Positions 1-10,264 are shown, numbered from the stretch's first letter. The stretch is DNA of 64,000 bases from an uncultured archaeon (GCA_963810275.1 CAWENF010000002.1:1-64000), one strand, 5' to 3'. Notes: generated by a model from the letters alone, not told the origin. Program-made: numbers and translations.

Positions 1-482
1 ACATTAATTTACAGCTACACCCTACCAAGACCAGCGACATAACCGTAAATTTTGTTATCAGGACTTTTTAGAGCTTTAACATGATGCGTAGGTGAATCCT
101 TCGTTTGCGGAGATTAAATTTACCCCAACCAACCTTGACGGTTAGTGATTGGTTTGCCTAGAAAAACATATGGTTACTTAGTGGTTATGGATGGTTGGAT
201 ATAGATAGATATGAGAGGCAAAAAATATAAGAAAAATACCCCTTCAAAATTCCGCATTGATAGATTAATTGATTGATTTTTTGTCCCTGCTGTTTTTAAC
301 TTAGTCTTTCCTGGTATACACCTTGCTTGACTTGGGCTAAAATTGTTTTGTAGTTGAAATGGAAAGGATTTCTCCAAATATCTTCACTTTCTGAACAACC
401 TTTTCTCGTTACCTTTTGATACGATGATAATCAGAAGTATAGGTTTGTGATGGAGTATTATGAACCTAAGTAATAATAGATG

Positions 483-1194
483 TTACGGTAGTAGTTTCTC
501 TCTTTGAATCAAGCGTCCAGTAGAAAGCAGAAGTGTGAATGAAATTATTAGTGTAATAGCAGCTATGATTAAGTCAACTATTATGGCGTAGGTGGGAAAT
601 ACAAGGGGTAGATATTAGGGCTGGAAACATTGGTATGATGCCTATGAGTACGCCTAAGGGTTGGTTTGCGCCCGTAGAGGTTTTCTGAAGTGAACTAAAA
701 GCCACCATGCAAACAGTTACGAGAAAGACTTCTGAGAAACCGATCGCAAGCGTGAGAACCGCTATGGTAACAAGCATGGTAAAGCTGGTTCCTAACAGTA
801 ACCCCACTGCTGTGTTTAGGCTAACTGCAAAAACCATCAAGTAAGTTGCCATAACCAGTGAGGCTTTGACGTAGCCTTTGAAAACGTCAAGTTGGTCAAG
901 ACCCGTAGCAAGCAGGTACTCTAAGACTCCGTTGTTTTTATCATAAACATACAGCATTATGACTGGCAACGCGAAAAGAACTGCTGACATGGATAGAAGG
1001 GCTATGGAGAGCAGCGGAAAATTGCTTGCTAAATCAATCGGGATAGGTGTGTTGATGTCAGCTGGAATTACTGAGGGAATTATTGTCATGAGGTTTGAGA
1101 GAACAACACCATACAACGCTACAATTATTCCAATGATTATGTAGCTTCGACTCAGACGAATACTGCGTTTCATAGTGACTTGCCAAAAACCCAC
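483..1194 (-). CDS. ABC transporter permease (frameshifted near 612)
   Basis: Multi-TM ORF 574..1194 containing 'YDKNNGVLEYLLATG' (ABC-2 permease-like). A further TM helix (LPLVFPTYAIIVDLIIAAITLIISFTLLLSTGRLIQREKLLP*) continues in another frame to TAA at 483. Lies directly downstream of the ABC ATPase. Confidence 0.7.
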
Positions 1195-1196
1195 AG

Positions 1197-2045
1197 TTAT
1201 GCCTCCTCAAAGAACTCTTGCAAGGGATTATCCAACTCGCGAAGTTCAACTATTTTTGCGCCCTCACCAACTATTCTCTCCACAATCTCTGCTACTTCCT
1301 CGGGGCTCTGGACAGTAACCACAAAATATCCACCCTCAAATCGGGACTTCGGAAGCATCTTGGATAGATCATTTAGAGCCTTAAAACCAACACGATACTG
1401 CCTTGTCTTCACATTCTCTATTTTATCAAAAAAGGTCAAATCGCCCTTCTTTATCACAATCAGGTAGGTGCCGATTTCTCTGGCTTCATAGAGATTATGA
1501 GATGAGTAGAGCACAAACTTGTCTTTGCTTAACTCAGATAGTATCTGCCTTATTTCTTTGGATATCTTTGGATCAACATTAGAAGTAGGCTCGTCTAACA
1601 AGTAGAGCTCTCGTTCTCGCAGAAAGATCTTACCCACAGAAACTCGTTTCTTCTGTCCCTGTGAGAGAGAAACAAATTTCTTATCACGCAAACCCTCAAG
1701 ATTCAAGAGTTTGATAACCCTTTCAACATCGCCAACTTCTATGTCAGCATAGTACTTCAGAGATTCATAAACGGTCATTTCTTCTGGAAGGGCGTTTAAA
1801 TGAGAAAGATAAGCCACTTTGCGCCTTGCCTCTTTAGAAATAAATAAATCCAAATCATCTAGCAGGGCATGACCCGAGAAGGGCTTTAAAATACCGCAGA
1901 TAGATCTAAAAAGTGTAGTCTTTCCGGCACCGTTGGGGCCCAAAACAACATATATGGAAGGCTCCGTAAGCTTTAGGTTTATTTTGTGAATTATCTCTTC
2001 TGCTCCGTAACCTGCACTAAGGTCCTCTATCGTTAGTTGTTTCAA
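1197..2045 (-). CDS. ABC transporter ATP-binding protein
   Basis: Walker A GPNGAGKTT, signature LSQGQ, Walker B LLDEP, H-loop SSH. Confidence 0.95.
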   Translation of the reverse strand: MKQLTIEDLSAGYGAEEIIHKINLKLTEPSIYVVLGPNGAGKTTLFRSICGILKPFSGHALLDDLDLFISKEARRKVAYLSHLNALPEEMTVYESLKYYADIEVGDVERVIKLLNLEGLRDKKFVSLSQGQKKRVSVGKIFLRERELYLLDEPTSNVDPKISKEIRQILSELSKDKFVLYSSHNLYEAREIGTYLIVIKKGDLTFFDKIENVKTRQYRVGFKALNDLSKMLPKSRFEGGYFVVTVQSPEEVAEIVERIVGEGAKIVELRELDNPLQEFFEEA

Positions 2046-2522
2046 CCCAAATTACCCAGCTCGCTATTTTGCTGTCAAGAGCTTTTAAAACTTGCCAAGA
2101 CCAAAACGCGATTTATTCTAGAAAAACATGCTTGTTCAAAGTTTAAGAAATTAAATAAAAAAGTTCACAATCTATCTTTTTGTTCAATGACAAAGAACGA
2201 CGCAACTACAAAGGCAAAGACAATCATCAATACAACGCTTCCTCCTGCTCTATCCCAGTGCTGACTCTTTTCTTAAACTCGACAAAGTAGACAGCATTAC
2301 AGCAATCACTGCGACATATAAGATGACAGCGTAAAGAGTTGCAATTGTTTGCAACTAAAAATGGCATCCGGTTGCAACAACTAAAGAATTCCAAATCGCT
2401 GTCAATCTTGCGATGAATTCCGGCACTGACGGTCTATGCATTGTCTGAGCATATATGGGTTTAATTGCGAATAACTAACCCATTGGATGTAAATGCCTCA
2501 TAGTGGTCTCGTCTTTATTGCA

Positions 2523-2984
2523 TTAGGTCTGCTTCTTGGCTTTTTTGACTCGAAACATCACAAAGCCAAACGAAGCAGCTACTATAACAATCACAGCGAC
2601 CACTATTGGAGTCATTACAGTTAAGGTCGGAGTATCTTGGAAATTGCGTGTTACCACAAGCATTGCGCTGCTGCCTGAGGAGTCGTATGCTAATCCTTTT
2701 AGGGCATGTGAGCCGGAGGGAAAGTTGAGTGTGTCAAATTGCCAGATAAACGGTGCTGCTGTGTCGTTTTGTTGAAGCTGGTCATCGAGGTAGAATTCTA
2801 CGTATTGCACGTCTGTTGATACTTTGGCGGTTATGGTCCAAACGCCACCTATGTCATCGCCTATGCCGTATCCGTTATTTTTGTAGAACTCGAAATCTAT
2901 TGAAGGCTTAGCCTCAGCCACAGAGCCGAACAGAAAAACAACAATACAAATTAAAGCCACACCCAAGAGGAGTTTTGACCGCAT
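2523..2984 (-). CDS. Secreted Ig-like domain protein with C-terminal membrane anchor
   Basis: Signal peptide MRSKLLLGVALIC, Ig-like 'VEFYLDDQLQQNDTAAPFIWQFDT...GSHALKGLAYD', C-terminal TM followed by a basic tail. Confidence 0.75.
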   Translation of the reverse strand: MRSKLLLGVALICIVVFLFGSVAEAKPSIDFEFYKNNGYGIGDDIGGVWTITAKVSTDVQYVEFYLDDQLQQNDTAAPFIWQFDTLNFPSGSHALKGLAYDSSGSSAMLVVTRNFQDTPTLTVMTPIVVAVIVIVAASFGFVMFRVKKAKKQT

Positions 2985-3967
2985 GCTAAACACCCGTCGA
3001 TTGTTATGCCAAAATGATGCATAATAAACTTGCGTAAGCTGCACATAGAAGCGGAAGAACAACAACAGAGAAAAAATTTAGATTGTTGTTGTTCTTTTGA
3101 ACCTTTGCGAGAAGAAAAATTGGCCATTGCACAGGGCGTTTTTTGCTTCTCCCAAAATACATTCCTCTTTAAGAAGGCAAGTTGAAAGAAGAAGATGCAT
3201 TTTTAGATCTTCTTCTAATGTTCTTGAGATTATTGCTGCATGGATAATTTTATTTCAAAAAACTTCTAATGAAGCATTCTCCTCGAATCATCATTTCGAC
3301 GTTTGAGTATAGGAAATTTGTAAGCAATCAAATGCAAAGATCCAATCATCAAACACATTTACTTTGGAAACGGTCATATCGCAGAAAAATAAACAGTAAA
3401 CCAGAGTTGATTACTGCTGGATCAGTTGCCCTGTTACCATGGGCGCTCAACTTTGGCATTATCCCACAGGGCACATCACATGCGTGCAGTAACGAACATG
3501 TTATCTTTTGGGTGATGACAGTGACGTTTATCTTGGGCGTCAGATTTGAGCCCCCGTGCAGAGTGATTAAATCAGTGGTTTCGGCAAGGTACATTTCAAA
3601 ATGGTCTTTTGGGTCGATTCCTCCGGCGCTGGTTATTTCCTCTTTGTAGATTGCTTCTCGTTTATCGGAGATGTATTTGCAGTTGTAGTTGTTTGTTTCT
3701 GGAATTTTCTCTTGGGAATTGGTTTTTTTCCATAAAAACCACATGAAAACGGGTGAAGAACTGAAAATATTAATTTTATTTGTAGGCACCTTAAACCAAC
3801 AATTCTAACAAACGGTGTAGCTGTCAACTCTACTATTCTATGAGAAAATGGATTTCCAAAGAAACAAGATACGTGAATTCAAATGAAAAATTTACGCCGC
3901 CTAAACCGCTATTGTTTGGGCAAACTAAAAAAACATCCATGAAGACCACAAAATAGGTCAGGTTTAG

Positions 3968-5890
3968 GTGAATTTCACATTTTTATACCTAAACGGCAAG
4001 TTATGGGCGATAGATTTGCCAAGAAACGCAGGCACAGCAGCTAGCCATTCTACTTCAAAGAGCAAAAAGAGGCACACTCTTGCAATAGAGGAACTTGAGT
4101 TCCAAAAAGAACAGGAGCCAGCCACAGCTATCTTTACCTGCGCATTCTCCGACCCGTACAATATAGCCAAACGAGTAAAGACAAGTAAATACAACAGCTT
4201 CCAAAAGTTCAAACTAAACATAGAAGCAAAAAATCTTAGACAAACCGCCAAAATCGACACCCTCATATCCGTGGACGCCGTCCGCGCCAAGCTCGTGCCC
4301 TACAATTTCCAGCTTGAAACCGCCTTACAAGTCATAAACGAAATGAACGGCAACGCAATCTTAGCCGATGAGGTGGGGTTGGGCAAAACAATCGAAGCAG
4401 GGCTTATTATGAAGGAGATGTTGCTGCGCGGCGAAGTTGACTCGGTGCTTGTGATTTCACCGAAAAGCTTGCTTTCTCAGTGGCGTAGCGAAATGGCGGA
4501 GAAATTCTGTGAATCCTTCGAAATCGCCACAGGCAACCGTATAACTCCACTGAAAAAAGGCAACAGAGTAATCTGCTCCCACAACCTCCTTGCACGCAAA
4601 TACGATTTACTCTCCAAAAGAGCATGGGATCTCGTGGTTGTGGACGAGGCGCATGCATTTCGAAACACGCACAGCAAAAGCCGCGCCTGCCTATCAAATC
4701 TTAGAAAAAACCACCTACTACTGTTAACTGCGACGCCGTTGTGTAACAGGCTAACCGACCTCTACAGCATCGTTGATTTAATTCAGCCAGGAATGCTGGA
4801 CAGCGAACGTGCATTTATCTCGCGCTACGCCCAAGATGCACGCAGCCGAGTGATCAGAGAAACAGAAGCCAACCAACTAAGGCATATCCTGCAAGAAATT
4901 ATGTGCCGCACAAGACGCGAACAAACAGGCATTCCATTCACCCGCCGCTACGTCGAATCCCGCACGCTTGATCCAACTGTAGAGGAGCGGGAATTTATCG
5001 ATAAAGCCACTGAGTACTTGCAGATGGTAAGCCAAAACCACTTCCGAACGATCGAAGCACTAATCGCCGAGAACCCTAACCGCAAATTCTCCGAGTCACA
5101 AAGCAACGCCATCCTGGTGTTCCAAGCCATCACGTTGCAGCAGTCGTTTAGCAGCTCCCCAGCAGCGTCCGTGCAGTCGCTTCTCAAAAGGCAGCAGCGG
5201 TTCCCAGCAGAAGCACAGGCAACCAGCCAACTTATCGAGATGGCACAGAAAATAAAAAGCGCAAAAATAGAACTGCTACGAAGCATCCTGCGCGAGGTAC
5301 CCGAAGAGCAGGCGCTGATATTCTGCCTGCGCAAAATCACGGCGCACCAAATCAAACAGATGCTTGATAGCGAATTCGGAGCCTCCAACGTTTTCTTAGG
5401 TGACATGAACCAGCAGGAGCGAGACTCCGTGATTGAACAATTCCGCAAAGGGCAAACAAAATACATTGTCGCCACCGACGCCGCCGCGGAAGGTCTTAAC
5501 CTGCAGAACTGCTGCATCATGTTCAACTATGACCTTCACTGGAACCCCATGAAAATTGAGCAGCGCATTGGCCGCATTCACCGCTTCAAACAAGACCGCG
5601 ACGTCACAGTGTTTAACTTGGCGGTGAAGGACACCATTGACGACTACGTACTGCATGTATTGTATCAGAAAATCGATTTGTTCACCATGACAGTGGGCAA
5701 GATGGAGACCGTGCTGGCGGAGCTTAAAGAGGGCAGCCAAGACATCCAGAAAACCATCGGCGAAATCATGCTGAGAAGCCACTCACGCCTAGACCTCAAA
5801 AAGGAACTTGAAAAGCTGGCAAATGACGTGGTGACGTCGCAAATGCAGCAGGAGTTGGCAGAGCAGTTTACAAGGGGAGTCATCGATTGA
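3968..5890 (+). CDS. SNF2/SWI2-family helicase/translocase (YqhH-like)
   Basis: ADEVGLGKT, DEAH, TATP, AAEGLNLQ and YDLHWNPMKIEQRIGRIHR motifs. Exact start is uncertain (possibly ~4080). Confidence 0.93.
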   Translation: MNFTFLYLNGKLWAIDLPRNAGTAASHSTSKSKKRHTLAIEELEFQKEQEPATAIFTCAFSDPYNIAKRVKTSKYNSFQKFKLNIEAKNLRQTAKIDTLISVDAVRAKLVPYNFQLETALQVINEMNGNAILADEVGLGKTIEAGLIMKEMLLRGEVDSVLVISPKSLLSQWRSEMAEKFCESFEIATGNRITPLKKGNRVICSHNLLARKYDLLSKRAWDLVVVDEAHAFRNTHSKSRACLSNLRKNHLLLLTATPLCNRLTDLYSIVDLIQPGMLDSERAFISRYAQDARSRVIRETEANQLRHILQEIMCRTRREQTGIPFTRRYVESRTLDPTVEEREFIDKATEYLQMVSQNHFRTIEALIAENPNRKFSESQSNAILVFQAITLQQSFSSSPAASVQSLLKRQQRFPAEAQATSQLIEMAQKIKSAKIELLRSILREVPEEQALIFCLRKITAHQIKQMLDSEFGASNVFLGDMNQQERDSVIEQFRKGQTKYIVATDAAAEGLNLQNCCIMFNYDLHWNPMKIEQRIGRIHRFKQDRDVTVFNLAVKDTIDDYVLHVLYQKIDLFTMTVGKMETVLAELKEGSQDIQKTIGEIMLRSHSRLDLKKELEKLANDVVTSQMQQELAEQFTRGVID

Positions 5891-7242
5891 GCGGAACCGC
5901 AGACTTTGACCGCTTCATCCGGGCGTATTATAGCGATAAGGGCTGCCAAGTCAACGGCAAGCCAGACGAGGTTTTCGCTGTTGTCTGCGCAGACCAGTCA
6001 GTGGAAGAATACACCTACGAAGCTGCAGTGGCGAGGGAACGCAAGGTGCCTCTTCTGGCGCCTGGAACCGCAGCTTTTCAGCAGATACTCAAAGACTGCC
6101 AAGAAGACGGCGTATTATGCCAAATAGCTCTCAAACCCAAAGGCAGCTTCGAAGAGGCTCTGCAACGCTTTTTTAGAAACACACCAGCCGACTGCATAAA
6201 CTGCGAGATGCACAGTAAAGAGGCAAAATTGTGCTTAAAACCCAATCCCTGCCACCACATGATAAATAACGGCAAAATCGACACTTTTAAAATAACAAAA
6301 AATGAGCCTTTAAGGTTTTTGCAGTTCTATTTTTCGGTGACTTTCCATAACAGGTTGAGGGCAAAAAGTGAGGAAACAGTCACTGTTTTGGTTGAGGAAA
6401 AGACTGGCAAAATCTACTGGGACAGCTTTGACTTAGAGGGTTTGGAGCAGTTTGGGGTTGAAGCTTTGGATTACAAGTCTAAAGTCAAAACAGACATCTT
6501 TGAAACCGCCAAAGCATCGGCGGAAGAGAAAATCAAAGAGGCCGTCGCTGGGAAGCTGGCGCTTTTTGATTTGCCCCTCTGCAGAAGCAGAAAAGCCAAA
6601 CTCAAAGCTTTCAAGAGACGCCTAAGAAAAGAACGTAAAGAACAAGTCATCTCCAAAAAGCATGACTTTGACTATTTGAAATGGCAAAACGACTATGAAA
6701 CGCTTCTCAAAAGAGAAGAAGAATCCTATCAAACCAACGTTTCAGCAAAATTCACCAATCTACTAGTTGTTAACACCCAGAAAGTCAAGTGTCAGCTGAC
6801 GCTTAGCAACAACGCAACAATGGACGTTCAGCTTGCGCTTGGGTTGGAGCCAAACCTTGAAGTCACCTGCCCCACATGCAAAAAACAGTTCATTGAAGGC
6901 TACGCCACACAAGACGGCTTATACGTCTGCGGGGACTGCACTCGCCAATCCATAGACACAGGCAAAATCTACTCCAAAAAAGCACGCCTAACACAAGATG
7001 AAAAACTAAACGAATACTTTGAATCCGACACAGGCTTCGTATGCGCTGTCTGTGCCAAAAAATTCAGCCGACTACAAGAATTCAAATGCAACCACGATGG
7101 CTCAAGCGTCTGCATAAGCCACTTTGATCTCTGCGATGACTGCGGCAAAGGCTTCTCCAAAAACAATCTCACCTACACTGATGAATTCAAACATCAACTT
7201 TGCCCTAAACACGATTCAAATAAGGGGAGGAAGCTCAGGTGA
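5887..7242 (+). CDS. YqhG-like protein with multiple Cys/His zinc-finger motifs
   Basis: TTGA overlap with the SNF2 stop. The N-terminal 'LAPGTAAFQQIL' segment resembles the YqhG family (from memory). Many CxxC/CxxH motifs and a central charged coiled coil. Confidence 0.65.
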   Translation: MSGTADFDRFIRAYYSDKGCQVNGKPDEVFAVVCADQSVEEYTYEAAVARERKVPLLAPGTAAFQQILKDCQEDGVLCQIALKPKGSFEEALQRFFRNTPADCINCEMHSKEAKLCLKPNPCHHMINNGKIDTFKITKNEPLRFLQFYFSVTFHNRLRAKSEETVTVLVEEKTGKIYWDSFDLEGLEQFGVEALDYKSKVKTDIFETAKASAEEKIKEAVAGKLALFDLPLCRSRKAKLKAFKRRLRKERKEQVISKKHDFDYLKWQNDYETLLKREEESYQTNVSAKFTNLLVVNTQKVKCQLTLSNNATMDVQLALGLEPNLEVTCPTCKKQFIEGYATQDGLYVCGDCTRQSIDTGKIYSKKARLTQDEKLNEYFESDTGFVCAVCAKKFSRLQEFKCNHDGSSVCISHFDLCDDCGKGFSKNNLTYTDEFKHQLCPKHDSNKGRKLR

Positions 7243-8162
7243 ATACGCAAAAGTTCAACGGATTGCTAAAAGAAATTGCTGCACGCTACCCAGACATCGA
7301 CGTCGCGGACCACTTAGAGTTTGAGTTGGGTATTCCACGGTTCAAAGCAGAGGCGTTGGCGAAACGGATTGAGGAGAAGTGCCTGCGCAACCTGCCACAA
7401 AAAATCGCAAAGCCGATGCAACGACTTTTTGAGCCTCAAATTGAGGAAATGCAAAAAACTGGGGGTTTCTGTGTTGGTTGCCTCTCGGATAAAGAATTCA
7501 AGACTGTTATCTGCTGGCTACTAGAAGAGATAGGTTTCATACTGCAGCAAGAGAAAATCACTACTGGATGGGGCTTTGAAGCGGTAGCAGAGAAAGACAA
7601 TGAAAAAACGCTTGTCCAAGCCGTTAAAGTGCCCCGCAAATGCGCCGTCTCTGAATGTTTAGTATCGATCGCGGAGCAATCAAAGCAGAAGCATGATTGC
7701 AACAGAGTAATCGTGATCGCTTCGGATGACTTCACTCAGGAAGCCGTCGAGGAAGCACAGAAGGCAGACATTGAACTCTGGAATCACGAGGTGCTAAAAC
7801 AAAAAATTATGCAAGCAAACAAAAACTGCGAAGTGCAAGCTAATTCGCGTTTTCCACCTTACCAAGACAGCCTCTTTGATAGCTTGATAAAGTTAGAGGA
7901 GGGCAAGGAGTTTTTAATTGAACTCAAAGCTGAGTGGCGCTATGAACTGTTGCTTCCAGGCGTCAAGTACCCGCTTTTGACGTTCCAAGTGCAAAACGGA
8001 GCAGTTACGCGGTGCGTGTTTAGGATAAAATACAACGAACCCGTCTCCGAAGCAGAAGGCGAAGTACTCATTGGTGTTGACGAGGAAAACAACCGTGTTG
8101 GACCCGACGAGGCAGAGGCGTATGTGCAGGTCAAGCAGTACCTTGAGCAGTTCTTAGAGTAG
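7239..8162 (+). CDS. Mrr-like restriction-endonuclease-fold protein
   Basis: GTGA overlap with the previous stop. Mrr_cat pattern 'EFKTVICWLLEEIGF...GFEAVAEK..LVQAVK...VIVIASDDFTQEAVEEA..ADIELWN'. Confidence 0.75.
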   Translation: MNTQKFNGLLKEIAARYPDIDVADHLEFELGIPRFKAEALAKRIEEKCLRNLPQKIAKPMQRLFEPQIEEMQKTGGFCVGCLSDKEFKTVICWLLEEIGFILQQEKITTGWGFEAVAEKDNEKTLVQAVKVPRKCAVSECLVSIAEQSKQKHDCNRVIVIASDDFTQEAVEEAQKADIELWNHEVLKQKIMQANKNCEVQANSRFPPYQDSLFDSLIKLEEGKEFLIELKAEWRYELLLPGVKYPLLTFQVQNGAVTRCVFRIKYNEPVSEAEGEVLIGVDEENNRVGPDEAEAYVQVKQYLEQFLE

Positions 8163-8166
8163 ACTG

Positions 8167-8466
8167 TTATTCGTCGGTGGCGTCAAGTGCTTCCGCGATA
8201 AGTTCAACATCTCGAACTGTTAATGGACGGTTTGTGACTTTCACTACGGTTTTTCCTGTCCAGCCGCAATCGGGGCATTCGTGCTTGGGTGGAACTATTG
8301 CCATGTGACCAAACAAGTCGCCTTCTTGGGTGCCTGTGCGCTTCACTTTTGGGCTTTTGCATTTGGGGCAAACCTGCACGTCCAAGTAGGTTTTTTCCTC
8401 TTCGAGCTTTTCTAAAAACTCAACCAGTTCCTGTCCTGACGTCGCTAATTTCCTCTGTTTGAACAA
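8167..8466 (-). CDS. Small zinc-ribbon protein
   Basis: CPKC...CPDCGW pair. Confidence 0.7.
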   Translation of the reverse strand: MFKQRKLATSGQELVEFLEKLEEEKTYLDVQVCPKCKSPKVKRTGTQEGDLFGHMAIVPPKHECPDCGWTGKTVVKVTNRPLTVRDVELIAEALDATDE

Positions 8467-8704
8467 CCGTTACTTGCTGCTGTTTTTTCTTTTTCTTTCG
8501 AGTTTCCTGCATCGTTTGCATCTTCTGTATAAAAGGGTAATTGTTTTTCTTAAATTAGGTGTTATGGTTACAACTATTTACAGATGCCGATGAATACCCT
8601 AATAAACAAAATAGGCAGTTGACAGTGAATCAAGCAATTGAGCTCTTGGAGCAGCCGTAAGGGTTTCCAAAACATAGAAATTGCCGATTCAACCCCAATA
8701 GGTT

Positions 8705-9454
8705 ATGCCATCCACTAAAAAACCCAGCCACCTATGGCTTGAAGAGTTAAGCACAGTCGAAGCTGCTGAAGCAGCTAAAAACGGCACAGTCGTAATTTTT
8801 CCGCTTGGCAGCATGGAAGAACACGGCAGCCACCTGCCACTTGGGACCGACTGCATCCAACCCGAATACGTCGCAGAAGAGGTCGCTAAAAAAACGGGTT
8901 GCCTTATTGCTCCGCCGTTCCGCTACGGCATTTGTAATGCTACACGAAACTTCCCCGGAACATTAACAATCAAATTTGATACACTCTACCGAGTTGCAAC
9001 GGACATACTTTCGGAGTTGGTTAGAAGCGGGTTTTACAAAATCATAGTCATGAGCGGACACGCAGGAAGTTCACATATGGTGGCGCTTCGGTTGGCGGCA
9101 CAGGAGATCGTGAACCAAAACGACGGCAAAGTCCGAATCATGGTGCTCTCCGACTTTGACTTCGCTGAGGAAGTCGAGGAAAAGTATGCTACACCCGGAG
9201 ACGGACACGCAGGAACACTGGAGACATCGCGGGTTATGGCGATCAACCCCGAACTTATCAAGGGCAAGGGGAAAGAGGAGAAATGGCACATGCCCCGATT
9301 CGAAGTGTTAGCTCACCCTGAAGCGGCGTTTCCCGGAGGCGTCAACGGAGACCCCACAGCAGCATCAGCTGAGAAGGGACAAAAAATTAACGAATACATA
9401 ATTGAGCAGGTTATTAAGCTGGTTAGGGAATTAGAGAGAAAAATAGAAAAATAG
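8705..9454 (+). CDS. Creatininase/creatinine amidohydrolase family protein
   Basis: PLGSMEEHGSHLPLGTD, SGHAG and DGHAGTLETS motifs. Confidence 0.92.
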   Translation: MPSTKKPSHLWLEELSTVEAAEAAKNGTVVIFPLGSMEEHGSHLPLGTDCIQPEYVAEEVAKKTGCLIAPPFRYGICNATRNFPGTLTIKFDTLYRVATDILSELVRSGFYKIIVMSGHAGSSHMVALRLAAQEIVNQNDGKVRIMVLSDFDFAEEVEEKYATPGDGHAGTLETSRVMAINPELIKGKGKEEKWHMPRFEVLAHPEAAFPGGVNGDPTAASAEKGQKINEYIIEQVIKLVRELERKIEK

Positions 9455-9473
9455 AGAAAAAGCAGTTTTGCGG

Positions 9474-9644
9474 TTACTTTTCTGTTTCTTTTGAAGCCTT
9501 TGTTTCTTCTCCTTCCATAGGTGTCATGGGTTCGCCACAGCAAACTAACTCGCAAGTGTCCTCCTCGCATCCACATGGGTCCTCGACGATAACAACTAAA
9601 CCGCAGTTGTCACATTTGTATTGGTCACCTTTTTTTCTAGCCAA
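9474..9644 (-). CDS. Desulforedoxin-like Fe/Zn-binding microprotein (56 aa; below the ORF-track cutoff)
   Basis: TTG start after a GGTGA RBS. Translation MARKKGDQYKCDNCGLVVIVEDPCGCEEDTCELVCCGEPMTPMEGEETKASKETEK matches the YKCxxCG...LxCCGxPM pattern. Confidence 0.8.
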   Translation of the reverse strand: MARKKGDQYKCDNCGLVVIVEDPCGCEEDTCELVCCGEPMTPMEGEETKASKETEK

Positions 9645-9724
9645 AAAATCACCTTCTAAAAAGCTGATAAAACTTCTATACTGGAAAATTGTATTTAGAA
9701 AATATAAGAATTTGTTAGAAGCGC

Positions 9725-10264
9725 TCAGTTGGCACCTATGGCCTTTCTGTAGAGTGCTTTGTCGATGATTCTGGCGTCGAGGTTGTGTTTAGCTGAGGTT
9801 TTACGCAAAGAACTTAGGAGTCGGACGTAATTTTGGGCCGTGAAAAGTCCCGGCGGCGGGTTTCCGAGCAGCCCCTTCCAGACAGATTGTTCGAAGATAC
9901 CGTAGTTGTGAGGATCAAAAAAGGTAAGGATGACACTAGCAAGTACTGGGCTGACGCCTTCAAGCGTTGTTAGGCAGCTGACTCGGTAGGCATCGTCTGC
10001 GTTTGGCAAGCTTAGAGTTTGGCTGGTTATGCGCTGAACCTTTTCTTCGGGATTTCGGGCTACAAGTTCTTGGGCACGTTGAAGTTTCTGGGCGTCGCCC
10101 TTGAACTTCCACTCCACGACAGCAGTGAGGTCTTGTAGTGTAAGCGCTTTATTTTTGCGGATTTTTGCGCCCAACTCGCGTTCACGCTGCGCCTGCCAGC
10201 CAAATGATTTGTCGTATTTACGGCTCCATAGGAGGTAGTCGGGCTTGTCCAAACAGGTCACCAA
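9725..10264 (-). CDS. Hypothetical protein with helix-hairpin-helix (DNA glycosylase-like) fold
   Basis: 'LTTLEGVSPVLASVILTFFDP' HhH-like motif; 'VVEWK' and 'IIDKALY' segments. Confidence 0.6.
   Translation of the reverse strand: MVTCLDKPDYLLWSRKYDKSFGWQAQRERELGAKIRKNKALTLQDLTAVVEWKFKGDAQKLQRAQELVARNPEEKVQRITSQTLSLPNADDAYRVSCLTTLEGVSPVLASVILTFFDPHNYGIFEQSVWKGLLGNPPPGLFTAQNYVRLLSSLRKTSAKHNLDARIIDKALYRKAIGAN

Noticed and set aside
1-470. AT-rich region with short minus-strand ORF 174..377
   Set aside because: No recognisable product and stops in all frames; possibly a decayed gene.
2100-2510. Minus-strand remnant with 'RPSVPEF' and hydrophobic patches
   Set aside because: Resembles a surface-protein fragment but is interrupted by stops; boundaries cannot be defined.
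3097-3830. Overlapping ORFs 3269..3649 (+) and 3349..3789 (-)
   Set aside because: No motif support on either strand; the real one, if any, cannot be chosen.
4948-5526. Long antisense ORFs here and throughout the hem/cbi/trp genes
   Set aside because: Shadow ORFs opposite well-supported genes.
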